DNA from: a virus
Lineage: Duplodnaviria; Caudoviricetes
Virus record (IMG/VR): IMGVR_UViG_3300028840_001404
Location: 1 to 50,495 of that record
DNA: 50,495 bases
Strand: one strand, 5' to 3'
The translations under genes were made by a program, and so were the position numbers. Shown piece by piece: positions 35,866 through 45,924 of this stretch (its first letter is position 1; each line of letters opens with the position of its first letter). The notes beneath the pieces are model-generated. The model was not told where the DNA came from and ran no database searches. It saw nothing but the letters and a program-made list of their open reading frames with translations.

Positions 35866-37791
35866 ATGTTGTTTCAGGCTGTTCCAAAGACTGTAGTCGA
35901 AAATCTACGGTTCCGGGCTGATCTGCATTCCTATCTCGTTACAGATGAAAAGGCAAAGATTGATTTCCTTGCTAAAGCGTTTATTGATCCCAGAATCTTC
36001 TTTAACACCTGTTTCTGGGTTCCTTCCCCAAAGCAGGGCAGTAAAAGCCCTAAAGTCCCCTTTATCTTATATCCCCATCAAGAGCGGGCTGTAACGAAAT
36101 TTAAGCACGGTATAGAAGTAGGTTATGATATACTTGCTGACAAGAGTCGTGATGAGGGGGCTACCTTCCTAGTCCTTGGAATGGGCATGGTTTATTGGCT
36201 GATTGAGCCCATGTTCCAAATGCTGTTGGGTTCGCGTGTGGAAGATTTGGTAGATCGGGCTACAGGCATCAAGAATGGGTTTGTGGTAGGTTTTGAGCGG
36301 TGTCTATTCTACAAGCTCCTGTTTATGCTGCAAGAGCTTCCGCTGTATCTGAAGCCAGAGTTTGAGAAATCTCACATGATCCTCCAGAACTTGGAGAATG
36401 GTTCCTGTTTTGAGGGGGAAACGACAAATGCTGGTTTTGGCAAGGGTGCCCGTGGTCGTGTGATTATGGTAGATGAGGCTGCCCAGATCGAACCCAAGTT
36501 GGCACAGAAGATATTTGAGAACATTGCGGATACGTCCAGTTGTTGCATTCTTAATTCGACTCAGGGGGACTGGGGAGAGGCCCATCCGTATGCTAAAGCC
36601 CTAAAGCATCCGGATACGCACAAAGTAATTCTTGACTGGACAGAGAATCCGAGAAAGAATCCGGGTTTGTATGAAAGCCCCAAGACAGGAATCGTCCGAA
36701 TCCATGATGTCGAGTATTATAAGAGACTATTTCCGGGGCGATTCGACGGTATATCTAGGGGGCAGGACGTGTCTGTGGAACATTTGGAAGGAACCTACCC
36801 CTTTGTGGCCGATGGCGGTATATCAAACTTCCACTGCAAGAGATCACCTTGGTTTGACAACTATTGCAGACGACCAAACACCACGGCCAGATCGGTAGCT
36901 CAAAATGTTCTCCGGATTCCTGCTGGTTCTACGGATATGTTCTTCCGTTACGATCTGATGGAGACTTTGCGAAGCCAAATTAGGTCTCCGAGATATGAGG
37001 GCAGGATAGAGTTTACTCTAGCAGAGAGTAAAATTCAAGAGGCTTGGTTTTCTCCTGGCGGTTCAAACAGTAATTTCTCCTGGTGGGATAGTTTGCCTAA
37101 TCGGCGTCCAGAACAGAGTCATAATTATGCTGTCGGGTGTGACATTTCAAGAGGTACTGGGGCTTCTAACTCTGTAGCGGCAGTGATTGACGTTAATACT
37201 AGTGAGTTAGTTGGCCTCTTGGTCACACCATATCATCGCCAGGAACAGTTTGCGGAATTGGTTGTTGCTTTGTGCGAATGGTTAGGGGGAGTAGAACGCC
37301 CATTACTGAATTGGGAGAAGAATGGTGCCAATGATTTTGAGGCCCGTCTTGATGAGTTAGGATATTATAATTTTTGGGATAGTAATAAGAATTTCTATGG
37401 CTGGCGTTCTTCGGGTGGACCAAATGGTACTAAGATTGAGTTGTTGAATTCCTACGAAGCTGCTTTATTTGAAGGGCAGAAAGAAAAGACAGAGTTTGAT
37501 TTTCTACATATCTATGATGAGCAAACAATAAATGAGATGGCTCAATATGTTTTCTTTGAGGGCCGTGTAGATGTGGGACCTGCTACAATGCAGACCGAAA
37601 GCAGTGGAGCAAAAGCTGCTCATGGTGACAGACCAATTGCTGTAGCTATAGCTAATCTTTGTGCAAAGCAGCAAGTACCGGGAAGGCGAGACCAATATAG
37701 TTTGGTAGAGGACGGTTCCTTTCTTGATCGTGTGAGAAGACACGAGGAAGCCGAGGCCAAGAAAAAACGAGACTCGAAGGAGTGGTGGTAA
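35866..37791 (+). CDS. terL: Terminase large subunit
   Basis: LYPHQ, DKSRDEGAT (Walker A), MVDEAA (Walker B), NST, GCDISRG and HGDR nuclease motifs. Confidence 0.93.
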   Translation: MLFQAVPKTVVENLRFRADLHSYLVTDEKAKIDFLAKAFIDPRIFFNTCFWVPSPKQGSKSPKVPFILYPHQERAVTKFKHGIEVGYDILADKSRDEGATFLVLGMGMVYWLIEPMFQMLLGSRVEDLVDRATGIKNGFVVGFERCLFYKLLFMLQELPLYLKPEFEKSHMILQNLENGSCFEGETTNAGFGKGARGRVIMVDEAAQIEPKLAQKIFENIADTSSCCILNSTQGDWGEAHPYAKALKHPDTHKVILDWTENPRKNPGLYESPKTGIVRIHDVEYYKRLFPGRFDGISRGQDVSVEHLEGTYPFVADGGISNFHCKRSPWFDNYCRRPNTTARSVAQNVLRIPAGSTDMFFRYDLMETLRSQIRSPRYEGRIEFTLAESKIQEAWFSPGGSNSNFSWWDSLPNRRPEQSHNYAVGCDISRGTGASNSVAAVIDVNTSELVGLLVTPYHRQEQFAELVVALCEWLGGVERPLLNWEKNGANDFEARLDELGYYNFWDSNKNFYGWRSSGGPNGTKIELLNSYEAALFEGQKEKTEFDFLHIYDEQTINEMAQYVFFEGRVDVGPATMQTESSGAKAAHGDRPIAVAIANLCAKQQVPGRRDQYSLVEDGSFLDRVRRHEEAEAKKKRDSKEWW

Positions 37792-37795
37792 TTAT

Positions 37796-39571
37796 ATGGC
37801 TAAACACATTCTTGATGAAACTAATGTGAAAGATAGTTACCCCAAACGGCTACAAATGCTGTCTCGGATGTGGTCAAAAAAATGGGAGGGTGCATATGAC
37901 AAATCTCAAAAGTGTATGCGGTTATGGCTCTCCGGATACTTCGATAAGGGATATGCCCGCTGGCATATGTTGAATTATATGGATCGTGGAGTTTCTACGG
38001 TCACATCTTATCTTGTGTCAGGTAATCCGAAGGTTATGGTTGAAGCTGTTGCTCCGAATCTTCGTCAGTTTGCTTACAATATGAAGTTGATTCTTAACTT
38101 TGCTATTGAGCAGAACAATTTTGCTGAAGAGGTCCTAATTCCCGGTGCTGTTGCTTCAATGTTTGGGGATTGTATTGCTAGAACTTTTTACGAGTATGAT
38201 AGAGCAGTTTCACTTGATGATGAAACAATCAAGATTGGTACTCCACGTGTAGCACTGATTGAGCCTTGTGATTATATCGGAGACCCCTCGGCAAAAGTGC
38301 GGAGAGATTTTGCTATCGAAGGAGACCGATATCGTTTGCCTACCGAATATGCTAAGGATTTGTTTGGGAAGAAGTTTGCCGATCACATCAAACCGGATTG
38401 TAAATTGATTACAAAGTGTTCGGCTGAGGAATTGAGTAGCAAGGGATTTGATTTCAACAAACTGGCAGACCGGGAATATACTACATTCTTGGACATCTGC
38501 AACATTAAAGAAGGTACAATTGATACCATCATGCCGATGGGTCACAAAGCCGTGATTTTGAAGACGGTGGAGTGGGATGGGCCGGATCGAAGCCCCTATG
38601 ACGTTCTTGGATACCGGTATGCTCCGAACATCCCGATCTCGATTCCTCCAGCCTGGAACTGGTACGACCTTGATGTATCGGCCAACATCGTCGCTAAGGC
38701 CGCCCGTGAGCAGGCTGAAAGCCAGAAGACGATTCTAGCAGGGGAACCCATTGCTAAAGACGCAATGAAGTCGGTACTCAGTGGCAAGAACATGGACATG
38801 CTGTTGGCCAAACATGCGGATAAGATTCAGAAGTTTGAATTTGGTGGTGTGACGGCTGATAATTATGGCTGGCTTCAGTGGGCTAGTAATGAGTTTGCTC
38901 AGGCCGGTGGAGGAGCCAATCCTAATTTGGCTGGAAGTGGTCCTGCCGCTGATACATTGGGCCAAGAACAAATGGTTATGGCGAATGCCTCTAGAGTGGC
39001 AGGAAACTTCTACAACAGATTCCACAGTTGGATGACGAATGTTCTCCGGAAATGGTCTTGGGCTTTGATGGAAGACCCTGGAGCTTATTTTGAGGTGCTA
39101 GAAACAGTAGATATCCCTGGCGTTGGCAACTATGAGTATCCTGTATATTATTCGTCTGCTGACAAGGCGGCTGAATTTAATGATTTGATCTTTAAGCTTA
39201 TTCCATATAGTACTCAGCGTAAATCACCAGAACAGAAGTATGCAGAGTTGTTCCAATTCTGTACTCAATGGCTTCTGCCAACTATGCCGTATAGAATGCA
39301 GAGTGGGGCAACTATTGATATGGAAATGGTTGACAAGTTCTTGGCTGATTACCAAGGCATCGATTCATTCCCGCAATGGTATCATGGGACCCTGCCTGCC
39401 GATGGGCCAGATGTGAATTTTGTTATGTCAAGTAAAAGCCCTGGACAAGAGGATGACAGGTTTGGAGCTAGTCTTCCTTCTCGTACAGCAAACAATCAAC
39501 AGCAACAGTCCAGGGCAGGATTTGGAGGAGAAACTAATCTTAATCTAGGAGGCGTACCAAATGAAGTTTAG
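37796..39571 (+). CDS. Portal protein
   Basis: 591 aa after TerL; podovirus portal-like ADTLGQEQM motif and Gln-rich tail. Confidence 0.82.
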   Translation: MAKHILDETNVKDSYPKRLQMLSRMWSKKWEGAYDKSQKCMRLWLSGYFDKGYARWHMLNYMDRGVSTVTSYLVSGNPKVMVEAVAPNLRQFAYNMKLILNFAIEQNNFAEEVLIPGAVASMFGDCIARTFYEYDRAVSLDDETIKIGTPRVALIEPCDYIGDPSAKVRRDFAIEGDRYRLPTEYAKDLFGKKFADHIKPDCKLITKCSAEELSSKGFDFNKLADREYTTFLDICNIKEGTIDTIMPMGHKAVILKTVEWDGPDRSPYDVLGYRYAPNIPISIPPAWNWYDLDVSANIVAKAAREQAESQKTILAGEPIAKDAMKSVLSGKNMDMLLAKHADKIQKFEFGGVTADNYGWLQWASNEFAQAGGGANPNLAGSGPAADTLGQEQMVMANASRVAGNFYNRFHSWMTNVLRKWSWALMEDPGAYFEVLETVDIPGVGNYEYPVYYSSADKAAEFNDLIFKLIPYSTQRKSPEQKYAELFQFCTQWLLPTMPYRMQSGATIDMEMVDKFLADYQGIDSFPQWYHGTLPADGPDVNFVMSSKSPGQEDDRFGASLPSRTANNQQQQSRAGFGGETNLNLGGVPNEV

Positions 39572-40349
39572 AGTTATTTTGCTGTGCATCCTTCTCGGAT
39601 TGGTTGGATGCGAGAACCGTGAACCTGAAGCTAAGCCTACGATGTTGGTAGGAATCGCAGATCAGGTTGAAGCAGTTCGGAGTACTGTTGTTCATGTAAT
39701 GAAGGAAGGGGATTGTCAGGGATCAGGTTGCATTATTAGTGCTGACGGTTTCATCTTTACTGCCAAGCATGTCACTGATGGAGATGATGGAGATTATATT
39801 GTCACGTTGGATAACGGTGATAAGTATCCTGTCGTCAAAGCCCTGGAGGTAAAAGATCATGACGTGGCTATTTTGAAAATCGAGCCAAAAGGTCCCCTGC
39901 CTTTCTGTAAACTAGCGGATGTAAAAGCCTTGCGTCCTGGCGATTTCTTGTTTATTATGGGCTCTCCTCTTGGAGACATAAACTTCAATTCTGTCACACT
40001 TGGCATCCTTTCTTATATGGAACGGGACTTGGACCAGTACTTGACTAACTACTCTTACGGCTGGACTCCGACGTTTCAATCCGATGCTGCTGCTTATCCC
40101 GGCAATTCTGGTGGTCCGGTTTTTAATCTAAATGGTGAGGTAGTTGGCGTTCTGGTCGCTGGAATGGAAGCTTGTTTGAACTATAGTGTACCTGTTAATG
40201 TCTTCATGGATGATTTGGCTACTATTCGTCTGTGGTTTGAGCTTTCCCGGTTTGAAGTTCTGGAGCCAAAGAAAGAGTCTGACCCTGTTTGGTATATGTC
40301 TGAAGATGAATATTATGAGTCTAGAGTGAAACATGCCGAAGGAGCTTGA
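39561..40349 (+). CDS. Lipoprotein trypsin-like serine protease (HtrA/S1C-like, no PDZ)
   Basis: Lipobox LVGC; GSGCII, TAKHV, DVAILKI, GSPLG, PGNSGGP. Confidence 0.88.
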   Translation: MKFRVILLCILLGLVGCENREPEAKPTMLVGIADQVEAVRSTVVHVMKEGDCQGSGCIISADGFIFTAKHVTDGDDGDYIVTLDNGDKYPVVKALEVKDHDVAILKIEPKGPLPFCKLADVKALRPGDFLFIMGSPLGDINFNSVTLGILSYMERDLDQYLTNYSYGWTPTFQSDAAAYPGNSGGPVFNLNGEVVGVLVAGMEACLNYSVPVNVFMDDLATIRLWFELSRFEVLEPKKESDPVWYMSEDEYYESRVKHAEGA

Positions 40350-40470
40350 AGGGAAATTAAAACAGCAGGTTAGAAAGAAGGGATTTACTGGCAAGAGGGC
40401 TGATCGTTATATTTATGGAACAATAGCTAAACGTTATAAAAAAGTAAATGGAAAGTGGGTTAAAAGGTAA
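40333..40470 (+). CDS. Small basic protein (45 aa, not in ORF track)
   Basis: MPKELEGKLKQQVRKKG..GKRADRYIYGTI; TAATG-coupled to the next gene. Confidence 0.6.
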   Translation: MPKELEGKLKQQVRKKGFTGKRADRYIYGTIAKRYKKVNGKWVKR

Positions 40471-40727
40471 TGAGGATTAGGACTTATCCAAAGTACACAG
40501 TTTTGAAGATTCTGTGGAAGGATATTACATCTGATCCTAGTTGGCATTCAAAGGAAGGGCTGGATAAGGCCGAAGCAACTTCAGTTGTCAGTGTAGGAAT
40601 GTTTCTAGCAAATCATAAAGGTGAGTTAAAGATTTGCCATGATGTAGCTGAGGATGGTAGTAGTGATTATCAAGTAATCCCTTGGGGATGTATAGACAAG
40701 ATTATCATACAAAAGGAGACGAAATGA
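40470..40727 (+). CDS. Hypothetical Sm/SH3-like small protein
   Basis: I.W.DI.S..SW...SVG...IP.GCI.KI motif. Confidence 0.7.
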   Translation: MRIRTYPKYTVLKILWKDITSDPSWHSKEGLDKAEATSVVSVGMFLANHKGELKICHDVAEDGSSDYQVIPWGCIDKIIIQKETK

Positions 40728-40906
40728 CTTTCAAAGTTTTGGAAAATGTGACGAGAGAACAGATTGAGCAAATGACGACTGAGCAAGTAATAGAGCTTGG
40801 AGCAAAGGTTAACAAAGAAGCCGAGGGTGAAAAGATTCGTCAAGCCTTGTTGAATGTTCTTAATAATGCTGAGAAAAAGATTGTTGAATCTAAGGTGATC
40901 TCCTAA
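40724..40906 (+). CDS. Hypothetical protein
   Basis: AGGAG SD, ATGA overlap. Confidence 0.6.
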   Translation: MTFKVLENVTREQIEQMTTEQVIELGAKVNKEAEGEKIRQALLNVLNNAEKKIVESKVIS

Positions 40907-41262
40907 TGCCTTGTTATTGTTTTATTTGTTCAATGTGTGGAAAGAGTTTTGAGAAAAATATGCCCATGTCTCAAACCGGCAAAGAAATAAAATGTGAATG
41001 TGGAGGATTGGCAAGCAGAGATTTTCAAGCAGAGATATGTGGGGGAGTGCTGGATTCTCAACACCGTGAATATAACTTTGAAGGAGATCATGGTACAAGG
41101 TGTTATGCGGGAGCTTACCTTCCACAACAAAAAGAGGAGATGAGAAAGAATCATCCAGGAAGAGATTTTAAGTTTCGTAACAATTGTTATATTCCTGTGA
41201 TTAAAGATCGACAGGACTATAAGAAGTTTCTCAAAGAACGTGGAAATTGGGTAGAGTATTAA
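40906..41262 (+). CDS. FmdB-like zinc-ribbon protein
   Basis: MPCYCFIC..CG..FE...C.CG...RD. Confidence 0.75.
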   Translation: MPCYCFICSMCGKSFEKNMPMSQTGKEIKCECGGLASRDFQAEICGGVLDSQHREYNFEGDHGTRCYAGAYLPQQKEEMRKNHPGRDFKFRNNCYIPVIKDRQDYKKFLKERGNWVEY

Positions 41263-41274
41263 TAGGAGACGAAA

Positions 41275-41577
41275 ATGTCAGAAATCGCGAGATGTATTAT
41301 ATGCCAAGCTGATTTTAGAGAAGAGGCTTTGAAAGACGGCAAGTGTTCTCTGTGTCAAAAAGAACACCCGGAGGAGAAGAGCAGAGAGGAAGTTCTAGCT
41401 AAGGTGAAAATTCCTAATAAGCTTGGTGATGAGTTGGATGAATTTCGAGTCAGAGAGATTGTTGGTGAGATGTTGGATGGTCGTTTGAAGCCGGTAGTGG
41501 AAAAGTTGGATGCTGCACTAGCCACTACTGAGGCTCCCAAGAAAGTCCCTGGCCGTCCTAAGAAGGAGACGAAGTAA
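41275..41577 (+). CDS. Hypothetical zinc-finger protein
   Basis: CIIC and CSLC; C-terminal GRPK. Confidence 0.7.
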   Translation: MSEIARCIICQADFREEALKDGKCSLCQKEHPEEKSREEVLAKVKIPNKLGDELDEFRVREIVGEMLDGRLKPVVEKLDAALATTEAPKKVPGRPKKETK

Positions 41578-42506
41578 TGTCAAATGAAGAAACTAAAGAG
41601 GTTGTAGAGGAAGTCTCTGAAGAAATACAGACCGAGGAGACTGTAGAGCCTACAGATAAGAGGGAAGGAATTCTTGATTATATTAAGAAAGCATGGAAGG
41701 GAGCTACTGACGATACCGAAGAGAAAGAGGAGGAGGAACCTACTGAAGCTGGCGAAGTAGAAACTCGGACAGAAGAAATCCCTAGTGAGTTCATTGAGGC
41801 CGCTAAAGCCGATGGTTGGGCTACTAAGGATATAGAAGAATTTGCTGCCAATAAGACTGATGATGAGTTGCTAGAACTGCTCCCCCATCTTACTGAAGAG
41901 GATGAGGAAGAGGTTGAAGATATTGCTGAGGAACCAGCTAAGGACGAAAAGACTCCGGAGAAAACCGAAGACCTTGAAGCCTTGAAGAGTTCTATGAAAG
42001 AGGAGCTTCTAAAAGAAGTTCTCCAAGAGCTTGGACCTAAATTTGAAACACTAGATGAATTTAAGGACGAGCAATACAGCCGCCAAGTGACTTCAGACTT
42101 TGAGACGGCTAACAAAATTCTAGACGGTGCCAGTAAGGACTTGCCTGTTTTTGGTGAGTTTGAGAAAATGCCCAAGTTTACCACTGGCTCCAGAAAAGGG
42201 CAATTGGTTCCGACGAGTGCGGAGTTTAAGGCTCGTGCGGAAGTGTTCCAACTGGCTGTTGACTTGATTGAAGCGGGACGCTCCAGTGATATGCATAGTG
42301 CAATGGACGACGCCCTGGCTTGGTATCGAGGAAAGTATGGTCAGAAAGAGACGGAGCGTAAAGTGATACGCAATCTGAAAGCCCAGGAAAAGAAGTTGTC
42401 TGGTGCAAGGACGGGTAAGGAAACTAAACGTGAGTATGAATCTACCCGTGATGAGATTATAGACTACGTTAGACAAACTCAGAAAGCATTGGGCGTAGAT
42501 GCGTAG
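41577..42506 (+). CDS. Capsid scaffolding protein
   Basis: Very acidic N-half, helical with basic C-terminus; directly before MCP. Confidence 0.75.
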   Translation: MSNEETKEVVEEVSEEIQTEETVEPTDKREGILDYIKKAWKGATDDTEEKEEEEPTEAGEVETRTEEIPSEFIEAAKADGWATKDIEEFAANKTDDELLELLPHLTEEDEEEVEDIAEEPAKDEKTPEKTEDLEALKSSMKEELLKEVLQELGPKFETLDEFKDEQYSRQVTSDFETANKILDGASKDLPVFGEFEKMPKFTTGSRKGQLVPTSAEFKARAEVFQLAVDLIEAGRSSDMHSAMDDALAWYRGKYGQKETERKVIRNLKAQEKKLSGARTGKETKREYESTRDEIIDYVRQTQKALGVDA

Positions 42507-42551
42507 TGATGGATCGAAATAAAGCAAACTAATAACTAAGGAGTAAGTCTA

Positions 42552-43661
42552 ATGGCTTCTGCCCCAATTTTGGAACAGAATCTTGATATCATCCATGGGA
42601 CCCTTGAGAAGTTCATGGTCAAGGAACCTATTCTTGTTCATGCTTATGAGACCTATGAGGACCTGAATATTTATATGAAGGGTCATATGCAGGTCACGGG
42701 CAAGGAATTGAAAGGGACTGTGGAAACTGGTACGGTCGGTAACGCTGCTTGGAACAATCCCTGGCAGCTAGATAGTCTTGTTGTTAAGAACCTGACGAAG
42801 AACTATCAGCTTACGCCCTTTAAACATCTTAAAGGTGGTATGGCATTCAATGAAATGGAAGTCAGTGCTAACTCTGGTCCGGAGCAGGTTTTTGATGTGG
42901 TTAAGCTCCAGTATCGTAAAGCCAAGGCTGAAGTGGTTGATGAGTTTCGCAAAGCAATGTGGTCTGGTCCGACTAGTGCTTCGGATGTTACGAGTCCTTA
43001 TGGTATTCCCTGTTGGTTGACTGTTGGTACTCAGGCTAGTACTGGTGGTTGGACTGGTTATAGCGGTCGGTATAATGATGGTAGTACCCCTGGTACTGCT
43101 TTCGATGTTGCTGGCTTGGCTTCTAGTTCTTCGAGTGTTTCGGAGTATGCTTCTTATTATGCGGACCATCAAGGGAATCTTGATGAGTCTATGTTCCGTA
43201 TTCTGAATGAAGCTCTGATGCGTCAGAACTTCAAAGCTCCTACTCTGATGGATGTTGGAGACCAGCCGAAGGTTAACTATGCTTGCTTCAGTACTAAGAA
43301 TATTATTCTGACGCTGAATCAGCTTTACTTCCGGCTGAATTCGCAGGTTGGCCCTAATCCGATGGGTGCCGGATATTATCCTCTTAGTTCGACCCGCGTT
43401 CCTGGAGCGATTCCGCTGGTCTGGTCGGACATTCTGGATACCGCCAATACGTCGTTGTATGGGACCGATCCGATTTACGGTGTGAATATGAATGTTTTGT
43501 ATCCTGTTTATCTGAAGGATTGGAACTTTGCTCTGTCTTCAGATAAGGCTAAGGGACGTCACTTGGTTGTAAATCGGTTTATTGATTATGGTGGTCATCC
43601 TGCATGGTGTGACAGTCGTCATCATGCTGGTTTTCTGATCTCTTCGCACCCCTCTAACTAA
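42552..43661 (+). CDS. Major capsid protein
   Basis: 369 aa after scaffold, strong AAGGAG SD, biased codon use; E...NSG..Q.FD and PYGIP.W features. Confidence 0.8.
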   Translation: MASAPILEQNLDIIHGTLEKFMVKEPILVHAYETYEDLNIYMKGHMQVTGKELKGTVETGTVGNAAWNNPWQLDSLVVKNLTKNYQLTPFKHLKGGMAFNEMEVSANSGPEQVFDVVKLQYRKAKAEVVDEFRKAMWSGPTSASDVTSPYGIPCWLTVGTQASTGGWTGYSGRYNDGSTPGTAFDVAGLASSSSSVSEYASYYADHQGNLDESMFRILNEALMRQNFKAPTLMDVGDQPKVNYACFSTKNIILTLNQLYFRLNSQVGPNPMGAGYYPLSSTRVPGAIPLVWSDILDTANTSLYGTDPIYGVNMNVLYPVYLKDWNFALSSDKAKGRHLVVNRFIDYGGHPAWCDSRHHAGFLISSHPSN

Positions 43662-43683
43662 GTGAACCATCCTCTTTACTGAA

Positions 43684-44394
43684 ATGATTAACAGGAATTA
43701 TCATATGAAGGTGTGTGTTCATTGTGGTCAGAAAAAGAACCTAAGTGAGTTCCATGCCGACAGGTCACAATCTGACGGTGTAAGAACAACCTGCAAGGAG
43801 TGCTCTAAGGAGTATTCTAGACTAAGAAACTTGTCCAAAACAACAGGACAGGGTTTTGTTTGGAATACAAAGAAGATAGTTCCAAATGGATATAAACGCT
43901 GTGGTTCATGTGACCAAGTAAAAACTCTTGATGAGTTTGGTGCAAGAGAAAGAACACAAGATGGCAAGCGTTATAGTTGTAAAGAATGTGTGAATCTTCA
44001 AAACCAAGCCAGGATTGATTCTCTGGAAGGTATTGAAAGAGAAAAACACTTAGCTATTGCTAGGCAGAAATCCAGCAAAGCTCGTCAAACCGAGAAAGAG
44101 TTTTATGGTCCTTATTATACTGTGGTCCTAAATTGTAGAAGTATGGCTTCTAAGACCAACCACTCTTGGCAAGAGGTAGAATGCTGGTACGCCAAAACCT
44201 TCATGAGGCAGCAAGCACGTTGTGCAATCTGTGGTACAATTCCTGAAACCTTGTGTATAGACCACGACCACGAAACGCTGGAACTTCGTGGTCTATTGTG
44301 TAAAAACTGTAATACTGGAATAGGAATGCTGCAAGATTCAGCGGATATTTGCTCCTCAGCAGTTTCCTATCTACAAAATTTTAAAGGAGTATAG
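43684..44394 (+). CDS. Endonuclease VII-family homing endonuclease with two zinc-finger repeats
   Basis: Q..RCAICG..LCIDHDHET..LRGLLCKNCNTGIG. Confidence 0.88.
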   Translation: MINRNYHMKVCVHCGQKKNLSEFHADRSQSDGVRTTCKECSKEYSRLRNLSKTTGQGFVWNTKKIVPNGYKRCGSCDQVKTLDEFGARERTQDGKRYSCKECVNLQNQARIDSLEGIEREKHLAIARQKSSKARQTEKEFYGPYYTVVLNCRSMASKTNHSWQEVECWYAKTFMRQQARCAICGTIPETLCIDHDHETLELRGLLCKNCNTGIGMLQDSADICSSAVSYLQNFKGV

Positions 44395-44396
44395 GC

Positions 44397-45656
44397 ATGA
44401 GTATTACTTGGGCTTTGGATGAACAGGCTAGAGTTAAGACTGTTTATTACGAGGGGACCAGTACTATCCGTGAGGGTATGCCGGTTGCCTACAATCATGA
44501 CACTACTACTAACTGGACCGGTGCTTCAGTAGCATCCGGAGCCGCTACCGAAACTGACACTACGGCTGAGGGCTATCAGAACGAAGGTAAGTTTGTTCGT
44601 GTCGAGAATGTTAGTGCTGATAATGCGTTTGCTTTCGCTGGCGTTGTACGTGAGGGGTCTTATTGTGGTACGGCTGGTCCAAAGGTTATTGATATTCTTG
44701 TTCCCAATGGAGCGATTGTTCCTGTCTGGACTGACAAGTCTGTCACGCTTAAGGACCCGATGTATCTGGAGCCAGGCCAGACTACGATGACCGATCTTGC
44801 TATTGGTCCGAAGGTTGGCTACTTTATGGAAACGGTTGATCGTTCTAGTACCTCCGGTATCTGTCTAGCAAAGCTGGAAGCTCCCGCCGTTCAGACCGGA
44901 GCCGAGGCGGTTCTTCGTGGCCGTACTGCTGCCCAGATGCCGACGGATGCTATTTGGAAGAACTTTGATCTTGCTTCGTTGAAGCAGACTCCGGGTGCTT
45001 CAGTTCTGGATGTTGATTTCACCCAGGGTGAGATTGCTGATGACATCTTCCAGACTGATACTACGGCTGCTGTTTTCAACCTTCCTGGCACTGGTGGTAT
45101 TGGTGAGTGTACTCTGTTCACTTCTGCCGATAACGAGGAAGCTTCGATGCAGTGGAATGTTCCTATCACCGTTTCGGGCGGAGCCAAGTGGGCGTTTGAG
45201 GTTCGTCTGAAATGTGAGAACATTACTGATGCTAGAGCTACTTGTGTTGCTGGTTTGATGTTCCGCACGGCAGAGCAGGCCGGTGATGTGGTTGCTGACG
45301 ACGGTGCAGCTTTGACTGATGGTGATTTTGTTGGCTTTGTCCGTTTCGCTGCCGATGGTGATATCATCGATTTCATCTATGACGAAGGTAGTCAGACTAC
45401 GAATGTTCATGATGATGATTACCATACCGTTGTGGCTAATACCTATGTGACTCTCGGAATGTACTACAATGGTACTACTATCCAGGGCTACGTTAATGGG
45501 ACTGCCACTGGTACGGCGATTAGTGCGGTTGACATTGCTGCTGCCGACTTCCCCACGGGTGCCGTTTGTGTTCCGACCTTTGCCGTTAAGGGTGACAATG
45601 CTGCCGATTTCGATTACACGATTGATTGGATTCGGGTGGCCCAAAACGACGCTTGA
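44397..45656 (+). CDS. Capsid decoration/minor capsid protein with C-terminal lectin-like beta sandwich
   Basis: Follows MCP with similar codon bias; N-terminal cement-like domain and C-terminal IDWIRVAQ. Confidence 0.6.
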   Translation: MSITWALDEQARVKTVYYEGTSTIREGMPVAYNHDTTTNWTGASVASGAATETDTTAEGYQNEGKFVRVENVSADNAFAFAGVVREGSYCGTAGPKVIDILVPNGAIVPVWTDKSVTLKDPMYLEPGQTTMTDLAIGPKVGYFMETVDRSSTSGICLAKLEAPAVQTGAEAVLRGRTAAQMPTDAIWKNFDLASLKQTPGASVLDVDFTQGEIADDIFQTDTTAAVFNLPGTGGIGECTLFTSADNEEASMQWNVPITVSGGAKWAFEVRLKCENITDARATCVAGLMFRTAEQAGDVVADDGAALTDGDFVGFVRFAADGDIIDFIYDEGSQTTNVHDDDYHTVVANTYVTLGMYYNGTTIQGYVNGTATGTAISAVDIAAADFPTGAVCVPTFAVKGDNAADFDYTIDWIRVAQNDA

Positions 45657-45669
45657 TAGATTTGAATAA

Positions 45670-45702
45670 GGGTGGGTCTTAATGGGGCCCACCCAGCTTT
45701 TT
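45670..45702 (+). terminator. Intrinsic terminator after the capsid genes
   Basis: GGGTGGGTC...GGCCCACCC stem followed by agcttttt. Confidence 0.65.
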
Positions 45703-45715
45703 CTAAGGAGACGTG

Positions 45716-45865
45716 ATGAATAACGTACAAGCATTTGATTTGATTGTGAAAGTTACTGGTGAATTTAAAGGTAATCGTCAGGATCATGCAATGATTACTG
45801 AGGCTCTAGAAGTTATTAGGAAGATTGTGCTAGAACAGTCTACCGTTGTGGAGCCCGAAGATTAA
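45716..45865 (+). CDS. Small hypothetical protein (49 aa, not in ORF track)
   Basis: AAGGAG SD; MNNVQAFDLI...DH..I.EAL. Confidence 0.6.
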   Translation: MNNVQAFDLIVKVTGEFKGNRQDHAMITEALEVIRKIVLEQSTVVEPED

Positions 45866-45924
45866 GACGTCTCCAGTGGGTGGGGGAAAGGAAGCCCCTG
45901 CTCACGAATTTTTGAGGAGTAGTT

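Noticed and set aside
35832-42509. Tandem stops after TAG (TAG-TGA in terS and scaffold, TAG-TAA at 432-437) as evidence of amber leakiness
   Set aside because: Too few cases; tandem stops also follow TAA and TGA.
3508-45734. Long antisense or alternative-frame ORFs (e.g. 3508-4026, 11367-11930, 41678-42184, 45000-45734, 30326-30667)
   Set aside because: They shadow well-supported genes or lack an SD and protein motifs.
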